Shown piece by piece: positions 54,378 through 64,000 of a DNA stretch of 64,000 bases (its first letter is position 1; each line of letters begins with the position of its first letter). The notes below the pieces were generated by a model. That model was not told where the DNA came from. It searched no databases and worked only from the letters and a program-made list of their open reading frames with translations. A program made the position numbers and the translations under genes. Origin of the DNA: Rebecca billardiae RCC1528 (taxonomy: Eukaryota; Protista; Haptophyta); the NCBI GenBank assembly GCA_965240325.2, contig OZ251227.1:2418001-2482000 (forward strand). Reading direction: 5' to 3'.

Positions 54378-55737
54378 ATGTCGGAGCAGGCACGCGCGCG
54401 ATCGATCCCATCGAGCGAATGCGCCGCGCGCGAGTCGCGCGCTGATCCGTGGCTCCGTGATCCGGCGTGCGTGGCGGCACGTGGCCGCTTCGTCCGATCT
54501 TCGCGCACCGCCAGGCGTCGAAGAAGGCCAAGCTCGACCCGGGCGTCGAGCCCGAGAAGCTGGTGAAGCAATGCACCTCGGTGCTGCAGGCGCTGATGGC
54601 GATCGACCTGGCGGAGCCGTTCAACGCGAAGGTGGACTGGAAGAAGCTGGGGCTGCACGACTACCCGAAGGTCATCAAGCACCCCATGGACCTCGGCACA
54701 GTGAAGGTGCGGGGCAGACGCCCGCGCCGAGGAAGCGGCAGCGGAGGAGCTCGCGCTCACGTGCGGCGCCGCGCGCCATCGCCCCTGCACACGCGCACCG
54801 CGCAGGACAAGCTCAAGTCGGGCAAGTACAGCACGACGGGTGACTTCGCCTCCGACGTGCGGCTAGTCTGGAAGAACGCAAAGACGTACAACCAGGAGGG
54901 CTCGGAGATCTACATCGCGGCGAGCGAGCTCGAGACTGTGTTCGAGCAAAAGTTCAGCGCGGTGCCGAGGGGAGCGCTGCGCGCGAGCGACGCGCTGGCG
55001 AAGGCGAAGGACATCGTCAAGTCGATCCGCAAGCTGCCCAACGCCGACGCCTTCAACGAGCCCGTCGACTGGGAGGGCCTCAAGCTCGACGACTACCTCG
55101 ACGTGATCAAGGAGCCGATGGACCTCGGCACCATCCTGCGCAGGCTCGAGGCGAGCAACCACTACACGAGCGTCGAGGGCGTCTTCCAGGACCTCGACCT
55201 GGTGTGGCGGAACGCGATGAGCTACAACATGGAGGTCCGCGCGGCACAGCCCGCGGATGGGGCCGGCGGCCTGCCCCCCCCCCCCCCCCCCCCCACCTCG
55301 TCCACCCCGGCGCACGGCATCGCGCGAGCGCGTGTGTGACGACAACGCGCTGCGCCGCCCGCGCCGTGCACGCGCCGCGCGCGCAGGGCTCGCCCGTGCA
55401 CGAGGCAGCGCGCAAGCTGAAGGTGCTTGCGGAGAAGAAGTTCTCGGAGCTTCTGCGCGAGTCCGGCGACCTGGGCATGCTCGACGGCGCGAAGCCCAAG
55501 GAGGTCTCCTTCGAGATGAAGCAGGAGCTCGTGAGCAACGCCAACGAGCTCAGCTCCAAGGAGCTGTACGGCATGGTCTACATCGTCACGCAGAACTGCC
55601 CCGCGGCGATGGACTCGAGCCAGGAGGAGGAGGTGGAGATGGACGTGGACAACCTCGACCCGGACACGTTCATGCTCGTCGACCGATACGTGAAAGACTG
55701 CCTGGCCAAACGGAAGGTCAAGGGCAAGCAGAAGTGA
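54378..55737 (+). CDS. BET-family protein (two bromodomains plus ET domain). Exons: 54378-54389, 54515-54706, 54806-55234, 55387-55737
   Basis: BD1: EPF...DYPKVIKHPMDLGTV...NAKTYN. BD2: DAFNEPVDW...IKEPMDLGTI...NAMSYN. ET: KQELVSNANELSS...EVEMDVDNL. The first exon requires a GC donor and is less certain. Confidence 0.88.
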
Positions 55738-55799
55738 GCTGCGCCTCACCGTCTAGCTAAGCACAGACGCTGTGCACGCATGTTACGACAGTGTGCACA

Positions 55800-56342
55800 G
55801 GTGACACTCCGACAGGCCACAGGCACAGGACGCCCGGACAGTCGACTCTGGCAGCAGGCCCGTCCGACAGGAGCAGGGGCGCAGGGCTCAGAGCTCAGCG
55901 GCATGGCCATGGGCCGATGGCCGGTCACAGGCGCGGAGTCAGCTACTCCCGCAGCGGGATCACTAGTGGCTGGCGGCCCTAGCTCTGACCATACAGGGGC
56001 ACCCTATGGGGTGCCCCTTCTGCCGACTCGGCTCAGACTCGATGATCTCGAATTGCAACGCAGTGCACCATGCTTGTGCCCCGGGACCACCCCGCACTCC
56101 GCAGAGTGTTATTGGGCGTGCATGTTTAAGATGTACAGTGCTGTATCATGCTGTTGGCAATGGCATACCCTCGGCCTCGCCCCCTCGGGAGGCTGGCTGT
56201 CCACAGTAGAGTGGTGTCAGGGTCCGCACGATCGGTGTCTTGGCGGTCAGTGGTTTGAGGTTGGGTGGGGGTCAGATGACTGATGGTTGGTGGGGGCTAG
56301 CCAGGGTAGGGCTGGAGGCTACAGTAAGGCTTCGGCCGCCAG
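55800..56342. mobile_element. Inverted, diverged copy of the 23.5-kb CpG-depleted repeat
   Basis: Shared blocks on the minus strand: cctccagccctaccctggc, cccaacctcaaaccactgaccg, gggtatgccattgcc, ttgcaattcgagatcatcgagt. Confidence 0.8.
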
Positions 56343-56929
56343 CGGCCGAGTGACTCATTCTGACAGTGACTCATTCTATTTCTATGATTTAACGACACAG
56401 GTAGGAGTGTATAGGACGAGATCGCCAGCCGCTATTATTAAACTGCGGGGGCCTGGCGGCCTTGTCCCGGTGGGGCTGGTCGAACACAGCGCGTCTAGGA
56501 CGCCACGGAGAAGCTGGTTAGGGCCGGCAGACCCGTCGTCGACGATGAGACGAGTTGGTCGTTCAGCGCTGACTAACGGTATATCATCCGACGGTGGCGC
56601 GCCGCAGGCGCGCGCCGCGCAGCGCAGCAGCGTGGCACCGCACCCCCACTGCGCTTCTGCACGCAGCCCACCGAGGCGCACGGCGAGGCGCGCGTCGATG
56701 CAGTCGTCGCTGCGCACGGCCGCTCGGGCACGACGGCGCGGCAACGGCACGCACCGCGGATGGCCCACTGGTCTCCAGGCGCGGCGGGCGAGTGGCGCAG
56801 GGCACAACCGACTGCATGGCGTAGACATGCAGCCTTCGCTGAGCACAGCCCGTCGGGCACGACGTGGTACGAGCGGCTCGCGTCGGTGCGCATATTGTGT
56901 CGTGCAGCTCGCGCCGGCGGGCACGCACC

Positions 56930-57253
56930 TCCACGATGGCGCCGCGCGCCGCGGGCGGCGCGGGTGACGGCTCGAGCCAGCGCTCGAGTAGTAGTCGGAC
57001 ATTAGTCGGCGAGCGGGTGGCTTATGGTAGGCTTGTGGTACGAGCTTCCCCATCAGGCCGTTCGTGCACGTCATCTGATGCGGTTGCGGCTGCTTGATCG
57101 CCGCCACTTGCCGCTGGATCTCCGCCAGATCGGCGTCGCGCACGTGTGTTCGAGCGCGAGTGCCGGCAGCGTCGTTGAGCCACGCCGGCTGAGCCACATT
57201 CTGCGTGTCGCGCGCGGCCTTCGCCTCCTGCAGCAGCGCGCTCGTTCGTCATA
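56930..57253 (-). CDS. Possible small hypothetical protein exon (boundaries uncertain)
   Basis: Natural-looking peptide LLQEAKAARDTQNVAQPAWLND...DADLAEIQRQVAAIK with host codon bias. Confidence 0.35.
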
Positions 57254-57529
57254 CTCAATCGTGTGTGCCGAGCACGCGGCGCGGCGGCGAAAGCACTCGG
57301 TCTCGTGCGTCGCGGTTCCTCGACTTGGGGAGCGGGGTCGTAGAAAAGCGTCAACAAATAGGTGGAAATCGCAACGACATCCCTATGATGCGCGCTCAAG
57401 AAGGTAACGACATGCGTTCTCGATTCTCGAGGCGTGCCTAATCAAAAAACGTTTGAGGCCCCATTGTTCGTATTCCTACTCCGGTATTACTTTGCTCAGC
57501 AGTTGGGTGAGGGCAAAGGACCAGGTCCT

Positions 57530-57631
57530 TTGGTGAGGGTGGTGGTTGGTTGGGGGCTGGCCAGGGTAGGGCTGGAGGCTTCGGCCGCCAGCCTGATCAC
57601 CCGGAGCCCGTTATAAAGGGGAATTTTAAAG
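57530..57631. repeat. Third fragment of the same repeat (terminal part)
   Basis: Near-identical inverse of 23539-23640. Confidence 0.85.
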
Positions 57632-58011
57632 TAGGTGACACACTGACACCCAATTAAAGGGGGTCGGAGCTGGGTCTCCCAGGGCTTTGTCACGAATTAA
57701 AATTGTTTAAAGCTGTGTTCACCAGAATAATAAAGGGGATTTATTATTGTAGAAGTGCCTACAGGGTTTATTATTGTAGAAGTGCCTTACAGGTAATAAA
57801 GGCCCTACATGTTCATAGTATTCGAATGTTCTCACCGCATCATGATCTCTCGCAATTATTCAGCACCCATCACTTTCAACTTTCAGCAGATGATCCGTTG
57901 TGTTGATGATTGTGACGTCCTTCCCAAACTGTTTACCCCCAGCATAGATCCTTCGCGTAATTAGTGCGACCGGCGCGCGCCGGTGGTGTCGTTCGTCATC
58001 GGCTGGGGCGC

Positions 58012-59656
58012 ATGGCATGCCACCGAGCGGTAGTGGTGTTGGTGGGCGCGTGGCTCACATCCACGGTGCGCGTCGCGCTCGGCGAATGCGTCGGCTCCTG
58101 CGCAAACGTGCCTGCGTCGGGCGTCATCGACATCAGCTGCGCGACGAAGTCGATCGACGTCGCTGAGCTCGCTGGGTCCGATGCAGTCGGCAATGATGCG
58201 CAGTCGAACGGCGTGCTCAAGTTCGTGAACGACCGCGACGCCACGGTCCACCTCACGGTGAACACGGTCGACGAGACTCCTGGAAGCTGCGAGTCCGAGA
58301 CCATCTTGCTGTTCCGGGACACGTCTGCTGGTTGTGACCTCTTTGACGAGACCACCGCCGAGACGGACGACACCCCTGGAGAGTGCCAGGATGATGTTCG
58401 AAGCAATCGCATGCGTCGCCTCGGACCGCGCTACAGCTCGTGGTCGGATGGGGAGGAGCTGGCGTCGGTTGCCCCGGGCGAGACGATCTACGTCGTCATC
58501 GACATGGAGCGTGCGATCTCATCGAACCCCCTCAGCATAAGTTGCGATGGTGACGATGGCGACAACACTAGCTACGACGACAAGGTGCGCACGCTCAGCG
58601 TGTGCTGCTCGGCGACCGCGTTGGCCGATGCCCCCTCAAAGTGTGAGTTCGACTTCGCCGCCTCGAGATCTGGTGGCTCTTGCCTGGTGCCATCCCCTTT
58701 GCCACCGCCGTCGCCACCGCCGCCATTGTACTCTCAGCCGCCATCGCAGCCGCCAAGCCCACCGCCACCCCCATCGCCGCCACCCAAGGTCATTTGCGGT
58801 CCCCTGTGCCTCTTCACGGTGCGTGCAGCAGCACGCGCCAGTGCACGACGTGCGCTCGCTGGCTGGCTGGACGAGTCCGACCGTGCACTGCCCGCCTCGC
58901 GCCGCACCCCGCTCTGCCCACACTGCCGGCTGTGCTGCCGTGAGTGCCTGCATGTGCCCGTCGCCACTCCGCTGCGAGCTGCACACCGCAATCACGCAGC
59001 CAGCCTTGCCAGCCCTTTTTCTGTACTTCTCCTGCCACAGCTTGCGCACGCGTTTCCGCGCCGGCTGCGCTGCTGATACTTGCGCCCATTTAACCCCTCG
59101 GTGTGCCCTCGCCATCACGTATCTTCTCATCATATCATCTGCACTGTTGTCCCCCCTGGTGGCACCGCGCTGCTGGCCACGTGTACGGCCCACGCATGTG
59201 CGCGCACAGGCGGCACGCACGGTGCATAGGCTGGCCACGCGGTCGGCGCACAACGGCTGGCGCGGCGCAAGCGGCGGTTCTGGTCGGCAGCTGGCTACGC
59301 AGCTGGCTGCTAAGGGTGAGGTGCACGCATCGCTTCTTGACTCAGGAGCTGCTGGTGAGCATCGTGCGATGCTGGAGGGGCAGCAGGCCAGCGGCGCCGG
59401 CGCCACTCAGCGTGCTGCAGGCATAGCCCGCAGCATCGCTGGTGGGTCCTCGCCGACCGGCTCAGACATCAAGCCCGCCTTGGAGATGGACCCGTCGATG
59501 GCCGGCGCAGGGGCGGCCGGCGCCGTCCTGCTTCTATCCATGGCCGCACTTGTGGCATTGGCCGTCGCCGCTGCTCTTGTCCGTGGCCGTCCCAGCGACC
59601 GCGCACGCAGCGGACACCAGCAGCAGTCGCAGACAGCTGGTTCGCTGTGGCGCTAA
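58012..59656 (+). CDS. Type I membrane/cell-surface protein with a Cys-containing ectodomain and SPPP-rich stalk. Probable exons: 58012-58818, 59210-59656
   Basis: Signal peptide, acidic Cys-rich domain, PPSPPP repeats and a C-terminal TM (AVLLLSMAALVALAVAAALV). The GT-AG intron is in frame; extra small exons are possible. Confidence 0.65.
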
Positions 59657-60548
59657 CTAACTGCCGACGATGCGCACGCCATCGGTGACGGCACCTCCAT
59701 GAGCATGGACCGCCGACACTCCCGCGATAACTCGCCGACTCATCGGCCGCGGGACCGGGCCGAGGCCATGTGCTGTCCGGAGTCCGCCCGCCGCGGGATG
59801 ATCACTCCCCGCGTAATCAATACGCGTACTTGGCGCGCGGGGTACGTTACGGTACGTACCCCGCGCGCCAAGTATATATTCAAGTCGTGAATGATGCCGG
59901 GCCTGCGATGCATGCCGCGCGCCGGCCGCCCATACGGATACCGTGGCCGTGCGCATCTGCCGATCTACTGCTGAGTCGAATCAACGAATGAATGCGAATC
60001 ATCATCATCAGGCCGCGCGCGCGTGAAGCGCGCAGTATATATTAGATCTAATATATATATTATATATAGCGCAGGGTAACTTGGCATCATACTAAGTACT
60101 AAACTTGTATAGCGTATAGTCGTAGTCACCGTTCTGTGTTCGATCACGCCCGCCACGGCGCGCGCGCGTCATCACACTCATATGTCGTCTCATCACTCGC
60201 GTCATCATCGTCATGCTCTCGTCGTATATATATATATATATCATCAGCAGCAGCAGTATCCGCCATGGCCACCGTCGTCGTCGCGATTAGATCCGCCGCC
60301 GCGACTCGATCACGACTCGTCGATGATATACGTACGTAGTCGCGTATAGTACCGCGCGTCGTCGTATAGTTATTCGCAGCATATCATATTCGATCATCAG
60401 GCGGCCGCCGGCCGGCGGAATCCGGACGATTAGCACGTACGTAGTCGCGTAGCCTGCTGCACAACTGAGTCGATCGCGCGTCGCCATCATTGATCGTCAT
60501 CATCATCAATATCATCATCGTCGTCTGCTGCTGATCCGAGTCCGACGA

Positions 60549-62543
60549 CTACTGAGTACTGTAGTGCAGGTACTCGCAGAAGTGTATGCTGCGATGCCGC
60601 CCGACGGCCACGCGGCGCGTTTGCAGGGCGGGAGCAGCATCAGCACCGACGGCGGCGACTCGTCGTCCATCGTCGTCGCGTCGCGTGCTGCCCAAGGCGG
60701 CTGCTGCTGGGCCGATGCCGCCGTGCTGTTCGAATTGTTTGATGCCGCCGACTGCCCCGCTACCGTTCAAGCCAGACGCCGCTGCCAGCCGGCCGGCGGG
60801 AAGAGCACTACGGCCTGGCACAGCGTGGCGGCTGTGGCTCGCGCCGCCACCGGGTGCCTGCCTCGCGGCAGAACGCGCGACGCCAAGGCGTGGTGCACTC
60901 GATGATGCGCGAGAGCCTTGCCGGGCGCGCCAGGCGCCGTTCACTCGCGAGGCCTCGGCTGTGCAGTTGGCGTGCTCAGCGCGCCACCCTGTCGACCCGC
61001 CAGCGGCCGCGCACAGTGACGGTAGCTCGGGCGCGCTGTACGCAGGCGAGCGCGCGCCGAGCGCGTGCTGCGCGCACTCGTGTGCACACCGGCCGCGCGC
61101 CGCCCCAACGCCCGCGCGCTCGCCCTCGGCATCCAGCGCCCGCTGGCCGCACCGCTGCCGCAGCCGCAGCCCGCGCACGCGCGTGGAGAGCAGCGTGCAC
61201 GTGCGCGGCTCCACCCGCCAGTGCCGGCGCACCGCGTGCGCCAGCGCGGGCGCGAGGGCCCACGGCCACAGCACCAGCACGTCCGCGCACGTCATCAGCT
61301 GGAACAGCTGCCCATCCATCGTGGGGATGACGTACGTAACAGAGCGCCGGAGGTCGAGCGCGCCCGGCCACGGCGGAGTCGCCTCGCCGCCGAGCGCGCG
61401 CCGGAGGCGCTCAAGCAGGTTCGCGCCGACTCCGAGCGCGGCGCCGCTGAGCGTCACGTGGAGGCTGGCGCGGAGATTGACGTCGATCAGCGTGGCGCGG
61501 CCGGACGCATCGACGCGGAAGTCGGCGCCGGCGACCCCGCTGAAGCCGAGCGCTGCCACGAGCCGGGCGAGGGCGTCGCCGGCGCGCGGCGCGTTCACAC
61601 TCACGGCGGCGAGTGCGGGGCCGAGCTGGCCGTGCGTCGCGGCGAGCAGCTGGGCGAAGCCTGCGACGACGGCCCCGTCGAGGCACACCGCGGAGAAGGA
61701 GACGGTCGCGCCCGGCGCGCGCCCCTGCACGAGCGCCGTGTGGTTCTCTGCGGAGCCGAGCACGGTGGCGAGGCACTTGGGTGTGCGGCACGCGCGCACG
61801 CCGCGGCCCGCGCCGTCCTGCTCGACTTTGATGACTGCCGGCAGGAGCGCCGACGCGGCCGCCAGCCGCGCCGCGCGCGCCGCCGCGCCAGACGCCGCTG
61901 GCGGCACGACGACGGACGGCGGCGAGCGCACGCCGCTGGCCGCGGCGAGCTCGAGCAGCGCGAGCTTGCTCCCCCACGCATCCCAGTGCCGGCGCTCCCG
62001 CGGCAGCGAGCACGAGAGCGCCTGCGCGGCTGCGCGCGCTCGCGCCGTGCACTGCCGCGCGTCGCACAGCCGCGCGGCGCGCACGAGCAGCCCGCACTGG
62101 CGCGTGTCGTCGGGCAGCACGATCGCCGGCCTGAATGTGGCGACCGCGTCGAGAACGTCTCCCGCTGTCAGCTCCGCGCCCGTCTGGCGCACCCAGCTGA
62201 GCGGCTCGGCTGCGCTCGCACCGGCCCCGGCCGCGCGGGGGCACGCGCGCGGGCCGAGCATCCGCTGGCAGCCGGGCGCGAGCACGCCCACGTCCCATCC
62301 GCTGTCCACGAGGCCGCCGAGGTACGTGAGCCAAGCCGGCGAATCGCGCGTGACGAAGAGCGCGCGCGGCACGTTTGCAGCGCGGAGCGCGGCGCACGCA
62401 GAGCGGCTGCCGAGCGAGAGCGATGGGGAGTCTGCGACGACGTCGTCGCAGCGCACCGCGATGCCCAGCGCGACGACAAGTCGCAGCCGTGCCAAAGGCG
62501 CACGCGAAAGGCCGCGGCGCGGCGGGCGGGAGTAGCCCGCCAT
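60549..62543 (-). CDS. ATP-grasp domain protein with an N-terminal signal/anchor
   Basis: SKLALLELAAASGVRSP, LPAVIKVEQDGAGRGV, LVQGRAPG, GFSGVAGADFRVD...LIDVNLR. Confidence 0.75.
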   Translation of the reverse strand: MAGYSRPPRRGLSRAPLARLRLVVALGIAVRCDDVVADSPSLSLGSRSACAALRAANVPRALFVTRDSPAWLTYLGGLVDSGWDVGVLAPGCQRMLGPRACPRAAGAGASAAEPLSWVRQTGAELTAGDVLDAVATFRPAIVLPDDTRQCGLLVRAARLCDARQCTARARAAAQALSCSLPRERRHWDAWGSKLALLELAAASGVRSPPSVVVPPAASGAAARAARLAAASALLPAVIKVEQDGAGRGVRACRTPKCLATVLGSAENHTALVQGRAPGATVSFSAVCLDGAVVAGFAQLLAATHGQLGPALAAVSVNAPRAGDALARLVAALGFSGVAGADFRVDASGRATLIDVNLRASLHVTLSGAALGVGANLLERLRRALGGEATPPWPGALDLRRSVTYVIPTMDGQLFQLMTCADVLVLWPWALAPALAHAVRRHWRVEPRTCTLLSTRVRGLRLRQRCGQRALDAEGERAGVGAARGRCAHECAQHALGARSPAYSAPELPSLCAAAGGSTGWRAEHANCTAEASRVNGAWRARQGSRASSSAPRLGVARSAARQAPGGGASHSRHAVPGRSALPAGRLAAASGLNGSGAVGGIKQFEQHGGIGPAAAALGSTRRDDDGRRVAAVGADAAPALQTRRVAVGRHRSIHFCEYLHYSTQ

Positions 62544-62758
62544 GCTGCTATTGACCGCTTACCGAGTTACCGTTGGTCAATTGCGGCACGATGGCGGATG
62601 TGATGAAGCGCGAAGGAGATGGTCAGATGGACGATCGCTGTCGAACTCGATGACATCGTCGGCCGGGCATACGGCTGATGAGTCGTAGTCGACGACAGCC
62701 GCCGAGCCCTTCGTGCGGCAGCTGAATGACTATACAGTAGTAGTACAGTACTCATTTA

Positions 62759-62943
62759 TGGCCTGCGGTGCAGGGCGGAGCGCGCAGCGTGCAGACTGCA
62801 GCCCGCAGCGCGGGCACTATTATAAAAACCTGTATGATACAGTAACCTGTAATTGTAACCATGCGTTATTTCAAAAAAGATCTTAGATCAAAGAAAAATG
62901 GGCGAGGCAACGATTTTCAGGGCTGTTGGAGACCGAGTTTCGC
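62759..62943 (+). mobile_element. Truncated 5' end of the E1/E2 family
   Basis: tggcctgcggtgcagggcggagcgcg...caaaaaagatcttagatcaaagaaaa...agggctgttggaga matches 28390-28525, with insertions. Confidence 0.8.
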
Positions 62944-63188
62944 GATATAGCTAAAGCTAGAGAGCCATCTAGAGATTAGAGATCGAGATCTGAGAGAGAC
63001 ATCTAAGTCTAACTTAGAGAGAGATCTAAAGAGAGAGAGAGCTATAGTTAGAGAGACGTTCGGGAGAGCTACTGCTGAGAGGTTCCGCACGGATATCGAT
63101 CGGACGACGATCCATCTGGCCGTCACTACTAAGACGATAGCTATAAGTACGTATTACTATCCTGAGGCGTCCTAAAGGCAATAAATAA

Positions 63189-64000
63189 TGACCGCGTTCC
63201 GCGGTCTTTTTCCGTAGAACGAACGTAGTTCGGGGCCCGCGGCGCACCCTCCGTCGGCTGCTGTGTCAGTCTGACATGTGTAACAGTTCGCCTGAGCTGC
63301 CACCGCCAACTCAGTCACTGCCGCCCACCGGGCCGGCGGGCCGAGGACTGTCGCCGCGGGTCCGCGGGCCGCCGCGGGGACTAGCGGCCGGCGCGCGCGC
63401 GCAGGCAGGACGAGAGGCGCTGGCGCGGCGCGAGCCGGCGCGTGCGCGCGAGCGGGCGCACCTGCTTGAGGTACTCGCCCTGCGCCATGCGCTCGACGAC
63501 GGGCCGCTGGTCGCTCGTGCCGGCAGAGCGAGAGCGCGCGCCACTGCTGGCCCCGGCCTGCCGGCTGCGCAGCCTCGCACCGAGACCGACCGAGCGGAGC
63601 TCGGGGCGGTGGAACGAGGCGAGCGGCGCGTCGCGCCTGCCGCCGCGCGTGCGCGCCTGCTCCACCGCGCCGCCGTGCTCGCCCGCCGCCTCCTCCGCCG
63701 CGTCGGCCTCGAAGACGGCGGCTGCCAGCGGCAGGCTGAGCCGCGCGCCGGCTCACTCACACTGTGAGTCACACCCGCGGTCGCCTCGACGGCCAACTAT
63801 CCACAGCTGCTCGAGCTGCTGGAGGGCGCCGCGACGATGGCGGCGCGGGCGCCCAGCGCGTCCGTTGCCGCGTCGCTCAGCTCGTCGAGCTCGGCGCCGC
63901 ACTTCGCCAGCTTGGCGCCTAGCGCCTCCGTGTGTCACGTGCTCGTGCACGTCAGCCTGCTGATACGCCGCCGCCCATCGGCACTTCTGGCATCTGCGCG
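63189..64000 (-). mobile_element. Further E1-like copy (3' end plus interior), running off the window
   Basis: Hairpin end tgaccgcgttccgcggtc at 63189. The interior aligns inverted to ~29600-30414 (SDQRPVVERMA..EYLKQ block). Confidence 0.8.

Noticed and set aside
57738-57793. ~28-bp tandem duplication (tttattattgtagaagtgcct)
   Set aside because: Only two copies; simple local duplication with no further structure.

Overview
Very GC- and CpG-rich eukaryotic genomic DNA with short GC-rich GT/GC-AG introns. This is consistent with a haptophyte alga such as a pavlovophyte, but that is an inference from composition and intron style only. About 17 protein genes are supportable: a sulfotransferase; a ~2600-aa five-exon UIM/UBZ/KH/RING protein; a glycosyltransferase-sulfotransferase fusion; a SAM methyltransferase; a purple acid phosphatase; an EXD3/Mut-7 exonuclease; a cytosolic carboxypeptidase; MSH5; a hexose-6-phosphate epimerase; an SGNH-type protein; a DRAM/Frag1-like membrane protein; a NIT-domain membrane protein head-to-head with WDR59; a BET bromodomain protein; a Pro-rich type I membrane protein; an ATP-grasp protein; and unknowns. 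The intergenic DNA carries resolvable mobile elements: (i) a 4.6-kb element with Ngaro/PAT-type split direct repeats and an internal satellite (1081-5698); (ii) a nested cluster at 26.2-31.8 kb containing a TIR element with a 7-bp TSD and two copies of a family with asymmetric inverted repeats plus a terminal hairpin (rolling-circle-like), with an empty target site present in the window; (iii) a CpG-depleted dispersed repeat; and (iv) a 5x64-bp hairpin array whose pairing is strand-specific. All family assignments come from motif recognition by eye; no searches were run.
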